Below, in pieces: positions 58,477-64,000 of a DNA stretch of 64,000 nucleotides. The stretch spans positions 20,671 through 84,670 of the forward strand of contig CAIOLF010000046.1 in NCBI GenBank assembly GCA_903859075.1, given 5' to 3'. The notes beneath the pieces were generated by a model. The model ran no database searches and was not told where the DNA came from. It saw nothing but the letters and a program-made list of their open reading frames with translations. The position numbers and the translations under genes were made by a program. Every line of letters starts with the position of its first letter. Within the stretch, counting starts at the first letter, position 1. Origin of the DNA: Candidatus Buchananbacteria bacterium (GTDB lineage: Bacteria; Patescibacteriota; Patescibacteriia; 2-01-FULL-39-33).

Positions 58477-59595
58477 CTATCTGATGGAATCGTAGCCCCC
58501 AGGAACTCCATGAGGCGAAAGCACTATCTGCCAGAGCTGGATGGAGCGGGCGCGGAAGGCGCCGGCGCAACAGAGCAGGTAATACCGCCACATACGGTAG
58601 AATTTTTCGCTGTAACTATTTTTGAGCTGCGGCCAGGCGGTTTCAAAATTCTCTTTCCAAGCCATCAATGTCTTATCGTAATAGATTCCGAAGTTATGCA
58701 GATCTTCAATGACAAAGATTTTTTCCGCGGCGGTGGCAATCTGTTTGACCGACGGCAGTTGGCCGTTGGGGAAAATGTATTTGCCGATCCAGGGATCGGT
58801 GCTGTTGCCGGATTTGAGACTGCCAATAGTATGGAGCATTGAGAGGCCGTCCGGCTTCAAGCAGCGCTTGGCCACTTCCATGTAAGTGCGGTAATTTTTC
58901 ACTCCCACATGTTCAAACATGCCGACGGAAATCACCCGGTCGAATTTTTCATTTAAGGTGCGATAGTCTTGCAAGCGGAATTCCACCGGCAGTCCGGTGC
59001 ACAATTCAGTCGCCAATTTAGCTTGTTCTTTAGAAACAGTGAGGCCCACGGCGCTGACGTTGTAATTTTTGGCGGCGTGCCTGACCAGGCTGCCCCAGCC
59101 GGAACCGATATCTAAGATTTTCATGTCCGGCCGCAAATATAATTTTTTGCAGATCAGATCAAGCTTGGCTTCCTGCGCCTCGTCCAAAGTGGAAGCGTTT
59201 TTCCAGTAGCCACAGCTGTAAGCCATGGTTTTCCCGAGCATGGCGACAAACAAGTCATTGCCGGTATCGTAATGCTTCTCGCCGACTTGGAAAGCGCGCC
59301 GCACTCCTTGCATATTGATCAGCTTGGCTTTTAAAAATCCTAGGATAATAGGCAGCGATAGCCCGAGGCGCTCATGAATGTTTATTGAAAGTAGCCGATG
59401 GAAAAATTCATCCAGGCGCTCGCACTCCCACCAGCCGTCCACGTAAGCATCGCCAAGTCCCAGCGATCCCTCCGCCTTGACGCGATCGTAAAGTTTGGGG
59501 TTTTTAATTTGCGGATCCCAATGATTGGGGCCGTCTAGCCGGATGCCGGTCGGCTCAATCACTTGATTGATCCATTTTTTTAGGCCTGCAGACAT
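58477..59595 (-). CDS. cfa: Mirror copy: cyclopropane fatty acid synthase
   Basis: Identical to 8140..9258. Confidence 0.95.
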   Translation of the reverse strand: MSAGLKKWINQVIEPTGIRLDGPNHWDPQIKNPKLYDRVKAEGSLGLGDAYVDGWWECERLDEFFHRLLSINIHERLGLSLPIILGFLKAKLINMQGVRRAFQVGEKHYDTGNDLFVAMLGKTMAYSCGYWKNASTLDEAQEAKLDLICKKLYLRPDMKILDIGSGWGSLVRHAAKNYNVSAVGLTVSKEQAKLATELCTGLPVEFRLQDYRTLNEKFDRVISVGMFEHVGVKNYRTYMEVAKRCLKPDGLSMLHTIGSLKSGNSTDPWIGKYIFPNGQLPSVKQIATAAEKIFVIEDLHNFGIYYDKTLMAWKENFETAWPQLKNSYSEKFYRMWRYYLLCCAGAFRARSIQLWQIVLSPHGVPGGYDSIR

Positions 59596-59670
59596 ATTTT
59601 TTGACTGATTAATTATGGCGATATTCTAGCAATTTTAATAAAGTTTGGCAATAACTCCGATTACCATTTT

Positions 59671-60366
59671 TTATTCTTTGATCTCGGCGGCTTTGTCTTT
59701 TTTCCGTTTTATTTTTTTAACAATGTAAATAATGACGGCGATTACTACGGCAACTATTGTTACCAGATACAAAACATAAACTCCAATTTGGTTGAATAAG
59801 AATGTCCACCAGGGTTTGCCAAAGAAGTCGGCCTTAAGCCGTGGCAGCAAAATCAAGGTTTTTATCATTTCAGTCAGCGGAAAAGATTCTGTTTCACCGA
59901 CGGCTAACACATACTTACCTTGATTATCAGGATTAAAAACTTTAATGGTATAAATGCCGGCATAGGCATCGGCTCTGACTTCCGGACCCTTGAAGTAGCC
60001 GTCGCCGGCATATTCCTCATACATATAGCTCCAAGAAGTGTTTTGTCCGTCAAGAAATAACAATTTTTTCTTTACCTTGGTGCTGTCTTCATAATCCACT
60101 TGCGCGGAAAAATCTTCGCGGGCTCCTGTGATGTCGGGAGTCAAGAGATTCAGGTATAGCTTGAATGATTTTGTTGATTTAATGATATAAGTGGCCGGCT
60201 CTTCTTTGAGCTCGCCATAAAAGGCCTGGGAGATTTCCGGATTACTGACAGTAATCGGACCGCTCACGGTGACTAGGCGCGGCTGATGCGCCAGAGCGGC
60301 TTGGCCGATAAAGAGTCCCAGAGCCAAGATGATTAGCAAAGTGATGATGTTTTTCATATATTCCAT
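59671..60366 (-). CDS. Mirror copy: exported hypothetical protein
   Basis: Identical to 7369..8064. Confidence 0.75.
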   Translation of the reverse strand: MEYMKNIITLLIILALGLFIGQAALAHQPRLVTVSGPITVSNPEISQAFYGELKEEPATYIIKSTKSFKLYLNLLTPDITGAREDFSAQVDYEDSTKVKKKLLFLDGQNTSWSYMYEEYAGDGYFKGPEVRADAYAGIYTIKVFNPDNQGKYVLAVGETESFPLTEMIKTLILLPRLKADFFGKPWWTFLFNQIGVYVLYLVTIVAVVIAVIIYIVKKIKRKKDKAAEIKE

Positions 60367-60471
60367 TAACTATTATACAGTCATTTTATCATATTTTTGC
60401 TTCCAAAACGAGCCCTTGCCAAAAGAGCGGGCCTGTATTATGATGAGCCCAAGAAAGGAGGAATCAAACAT

Positions 60472-60960
60472 ATGGCAAAAGAAAAGAAGATTCTGACGCT
60501 GTGCCTGCTCTGCCGCGATGGCCGAGTTGCCTTGGCTAAGAAGCTTCGCGGTTGGGGTGCCGGCAAGTGGAACGGTTACGGCGGTAAAGTTGAGCCGGGA
60601 GAGACCATCGAAGCGGCAACTATCAGGGAAACCGCCCAGGAGTCGGAGGTGGAGATTAGTCCTTTGCAGTTGCAAAAGGCGGCCGAGCTAGAGTTCCATT
60701 TTGTCGGTGATAGCCTAGTGAGACAAATGCACGTCTTCATTTGCCGGCACTGGAAGGGGGAGTCGAGGGAAACTGAGGAAATGGGTGAACCTCGCTGGTT
60801 TACGGCAGAAGAGCTGCTTCAGGTAAAAGACGAGATGTGGCCCGCTGATCCGCTTTGGTTGCCAGTCGTACTCAATGGTCGAAAAGTCAGGGGAACGTTT
60901 TACTACAATGCTGGCGGAAGCACGGTGGAGGATTACGAGTTGGAAGATAGCATTTTCTAA
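60472..60960 (+). CDS. Mirror copy: Nudix hydrolase
   Basis: Identical to 6775..7263. Confidence 0.85.
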   Translation: MAKEKKILTLCLLCRDGRVALAKKLRGWGAGKWNGYGGKVEPGETIEAATIRETAQESEVEISPLQLQKAAELEFHFVGDSLVRQMHVFICRHWKGESRETEEMGEPRWFTAEELLQVKDEMWPADPLWLPVVLNGRKVRGTFYYNAGGSTVEDYELEDSIF

Positions 60961-61064
60961 AGATGTTTTTTTCGGATAGGGTATGTTTGGGATCGGCTAT
61001 GGCTGATCCTTTTTTTTGCAAAAAAAAGAAACAGCTCAAAAACTTGCGTTTTCGAGCTGGATAA

Positions 61065-61697
61065 TTATTGTTCTCTAATGACCCATCCTCCTCCATCAGG
61101 ATCGGTTTCGATCAGACCTCGGCCATCTAGTCGGTCGATTGCCTCACCGACCTTGTCCTCGATTTCGCCATCCTCCGTATCCTTCGGGATGAGCCACGAA
61201 TCGGACCCGCCTTGATCACGGATTCGCTCTTTGGCATCGTCGGTGGAAATCGGCCCTTCGTATTTGACGGTTTCCAGGATAACTTGCTCCCAGCCATCAT
61301 CGTCTTCTACGAGATTCTTCTCCATCGTGGTTTGTTGCGCGCGCGGACGTTTAGCGGGCGTTGGCCTCTCAGTAACGCGCATCGGCTTGACGATGCCGTT
61401 CTCGTCCTCATATAAAGAGTACTTAGCGATGGCCAGTCGGAAGCCATTGTCAATTAGGGTCGACGAAGTTGAACTCAAGTCAAAGCCGACTTCCGGCGCG
61501 TAGGCCTTGGCTACTTCTAGCAGTTGCTGGAAGGTAAGCCAATGGTCGAACAGCTTGATCAGTAACGGAAATAGCGGCTGCACCTGCTCCACGTTTATTG
61601 GCCGGATCAGGCGGAGCGGGTCTACTTCCGGTCTTTGGCAAAAGGGTAAGGGGCTTCCTCCTTGACCCACCAATGCTCTGGAAGCTTGGCGTCGCAA
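61065..61697 (-). CDS. Mirror copy: hypothetical acidic protein
   Basis: Identical to 6038..6670. Confidence 0.55.
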   Translation of the reverse strand: MRRQASRALVGQGGSPLPFCQRPEVDPLRLIRPINVEQVQPLFPLLIKLFDHWLTFQQLLEVAKAYAPEVGFDLSSTSSTLIDNGFRLAIAKYSLYEDENGIVKPMRVTERPTPAKRPRAQQTTMEKNLVEDDDGWEQVILETVKYEGPISTDDAKERIRDQGGSDSWLIPKDTEDGEIEDKVGEAIDRLDGRGLIETDPDGGGWVIREQ

Positions 61698-62662
61698 GCG
61701 TAATTTGGGCGGTTCATTCGCAAGAACTGGCCGACCTCGATACGGATCTCATCATCATCTTTGTCCGCGGTCATAAAGCCGGAGTGATCCGACTCTTTGA
61801 CCGCCTTGACGATCCGGTCGAGGATCAGCCCTTTTTTTTTCCCGCACAGGAGTGCGTTGAGGAAGGACTGTCTCAGTTCCCGCAATTCGGTGGGTTTCTG
61901 GGCTGGCGGAGCACCCAAGTTCGATTGCTTCGGGGGTCGGACATTCCGCCCGTCGGCTTGCTCGTCCGGCTTTGGCGCCTTGGCTTCCGCCGTTGTCGTG
62001 CTGCGCCAGACGGCCTTGTGCGTTTCACCGACGTTCTCAATCAGTTCCGCTTCACGCAGCGATTGGATCATGGCGAAGACGCGCGTGGCGACTACTGAGC
62101 GTTCCTCGTGTTTCGGATTGATGGTCTCATCCGTGACTGCGAAATCCACCAACTCAGAGGAAGCGATTCCTTTACTGCCGTGACGGACAATCTCATTGAA
62201 CAGGGACTCGTTTTTGCTTCCGGTTCGCGGTCCCGCTCCCGTCGCTTTACGCGTCCGCGGGATTTTTGGCGGTCGCTTTTTGATCTTGCGTTTCGTAACT
62301 TTCTTTTTCACCGGCGGTTTGCGGCTGGCTTTGCCCGCGGGCTTAACTTCGGCCTCGGGCGGCTTGGCCGCCTGGCCGTTGATGAGCCGGGTGATTCTCC
62401 TTTCATTACGCCCGGTTTCTCTTAGACCCAGCCGGATTTGCGTCAGTTTTCTTTCCAGCTTGGTCCGCCGTCCTTCCAAGATCGCCCGTTGCTTGACCTG
62501 ATTGGCGAGCATGGTTTCCGCCATTCTGGCCAAGGTTTGCAATTGTCTCTCTTTGTCCGTTCCCAGACGTCGCAGGAAGCTTTGGATTTGCCTCGGCGTC
62601 AGCAGCGATGGTGGCGCTTCGGCTGGATTTTTCACAATGGCCGTTAGGCTCTTAGCTGCCAT
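61622..62662 (-). CDS. Mirror copy: hypothetical basic protein
   Basis: Identical to 5073..6113. Confidence 0.65.
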   Translation of the reverse strand: MAAKSLTAIVKNPAEAPPSLLTPRQIQSFLRRLGTDKERQLQTLARMAETMLANQVKQRAILEGRRTKLERKLTQIRLGLRETGRNERRITRLINGQAAKPPEAEVKPAGKASRKPPVKKKVTKRKIKKRPPKIPRTRKATGAGPRTGSKNESLFNEIVRHGSKGIASSELVDFAVTDETINPKHEERSVVATRVFAMIQSLREAELIENVGETHKAVWRSTTTAEAKAPKPDEQADGRNVRPPKQSNLGAPPAQKPTELRELRQSFLNALLCGKKKGLILDRIVKAVKESDHSGFMTADKDDDEIRIEVGQFLRMNRPNYACDAKLPEHWWVKEEAPYPFAKDRK

Positions 62663-62917
62663 AACACAGTCTCTCCTTTCCGTCAATACTTACTCCTATG
62701 TCTTCTATGCCATGCGAAGTCATTCAAACCTCGCTCTCTAACCGATTTAGTAGGTACTGCAATAGTTTTAACATACTAAAAATAAATGGTCAAATGGCCT
62801 AATTATGCACCATGATAGGGGCATATTTTTTTAAATAATAAGGGACATTCGCTTATTTGGACGGCAATAAAAAAGACCCTCCTGAAACCAGGAGGGTCTT
62901 TGGGAAACTTGCTTTCT

Positions 62918-63190
62918 TTATTTTTTCTTCTTTCTTTTGGCCATCTTTTTTACGGCGCGGATGCCGGCTAAAAGCGCCAGCGTACCGGCCACGCCGGTGA
63001 TGATTTTTTTCTTGGTGTCTTTGTCCAATTTTTGGTAGCGACTGCGTACCTCTTTGAGGGCGGCGACTAAGTCATCGCCGATTTTTTTGAAGCCGTCGAC
63101 GGCAACCTGGCCGCGGATCGGCGCTGCTTTTTCGGCGGCCATTTTACCAGCTGCGCTTTTTTTGGCAGCGGTTTTTCTGGAGATAGGCAT
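62918..63190 (-). CDS. Mirror copy: small basic protein
   Basis: Identical to 4545..4817. Confidence 0.65.
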   Translation of the reverse strand: MPISRKTAAKKSAAGKMAAEKAAPIRGQVAVDGFKKIGDDLVAALKEVRSRYQKLDKDTKKKIITGVAGTLALLAGIRAVKKMAKRKKKK

Positions 63191-63472
63191 ATTGTTTAAA
63201 GTTATTATTTAGTCAGTTTAATTATAGCAGATAAATTGCATCTTGACACGAGGCCAAAAATCGTTTATAATTACGGCAGTTATTTTAGCATTTATAACGT
63301 TCCTTACGTAAGCTTGCAGTGTTGCTGATTGTTCGCTCGTCGCGGACTTCAGCCAATTTCCTTAGCCGGCTTCGAAGTAGAAAACGACTCCCAAAAGCAT
63401 TCCTTCACGGTAAGGTTTGTAGAGATGTTTTTTCGTATATTTGAGGCCTCGGCCGAGCATGGAGGTAAGTCG

Positions 63473-63925
63473 ATGACGCATCTAGTGTTGCTGTTGGCCA
63501 TAACGCAGCTGGTGCCCGGAGGTGGCACTGCTGCTACGCGGCCAATCTCGAAGCTTCTGCCGCCAGTGTCAGTGGTAAGCTGGTACAGGCAGGGGACCCA
63601 GACAGCCAGCGGTGAGGAGTTTTTTCCCGCCGGCTATACTGCGGCGTCCCGCACGCTGCAGTTTGATACGGAGGTACTTCTGCTTTACTCGGAAAATTGG
63701 CTTGACCTGTCAACCTGGCGGTTTTGCAAGGTCAGGATCAATGACCGAGGTCCGTCAAAGCCAGAAAGGGATCTCGATATTTCCGAAGGAGCGGCCGACC
63801 AGCTAGGCCTCAAAAAGAAGGGAGTGGCTCCAATGTTTGCTCTCGTCTTGCCTAAGCGGCCGGGCCCCAGGGCCAGTTTGCCGCCAATGGCCAGTTTGCC
63901 AATGTTAGCTTCTCACGATTCGTGA
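63473..63925 (+). CDS. rlpA: Mirror copy: RlpA-like protein
   Basis: Identical to 3810..4262. Confidence 0.8.
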   Translation: MTHLVLLLAITQLVPGGGTAATRPISKLLPPVSVVSWYRQGTQTASGEEFFPAGYTAASRTLQFDTEVLLLYSENWLDLSTWRFCKVRINDRGPSKPERDLDISEGAADQLGLKKKGVAPMFALVLPKRPGPRASLPPMASLPMLASHDS

Positions 63926-64000
63926 GAAGCTGTTTTTTTTATTTTGCGGCGGTTTTGACTGGCAACATATTTTTTTTATCATCCCGCGTATGCAGCAGGC

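Larger units (their letters stand above)
3735..64000. repeat. Giant perfect inverted repeat (palindrome), arms of at least 30.1 kb, no spacer, centre 33867/33868; runs off the right edge of the window
   Basis: All ORF pairs have identical translations on opposite strands with coordinates summing to 67735 (e.g. 33435..33824+ / 33911..34300-); centre reads CGGACTT|AAGTCCG. Confidence 0.98.

Noticed and set aside
33868-64000. Treating the right arm as independent paralogous genes or a second tRNA cluster
   Set aside because: They are exact mirror copies with no visible divergence and add no independent information.

Overview
Bacterial genomic DNA, most likely Patescibacteria/CPR (Parcubacteria-like). 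This is inferred from tandem VirB2/TrbC-like pilins behind a solute-binding lipoprotein, a PGI/PMI, GT-C glycosyltransferases, a TrmB regulator and many ORFans. The dominant feature is a giant spacer-less palindrome centred between 33867 and 33868 (...GGTTCGGACTT|AAGTCCGAACC...). Every ORF from ~3735 to 33867 has an identical mirror copy at 67735-x, so the window holds only ~34 kb of unique sequence. This is either a fold-back artefact at a terminator hairpin or, less likely, a hairpin end of a linear replicon. Unique content includes mgtA, hsp20, rlpA, a Nudix hydrolase, cfa, a DEAD-box helicase, peptidase E, three tRNAs (His, Arg-CCG, Arg-TCT) and five pilins. Unusual accessory loci are a nucleoside-deoxyribosyltransferase/prenyl-synthase fusion, an internally deleted viperin-like radical SAM-HD fusion, a TrmB-adjacent APS reductase/atypical cysteine synthase/radical SAM operon, an ADP-ribosyltransferase-like ORFan, a candidate -1 frameshift and a symmetric TACTAAT repeat element. 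All protein calls come from motifs read by eye; no searches were run.
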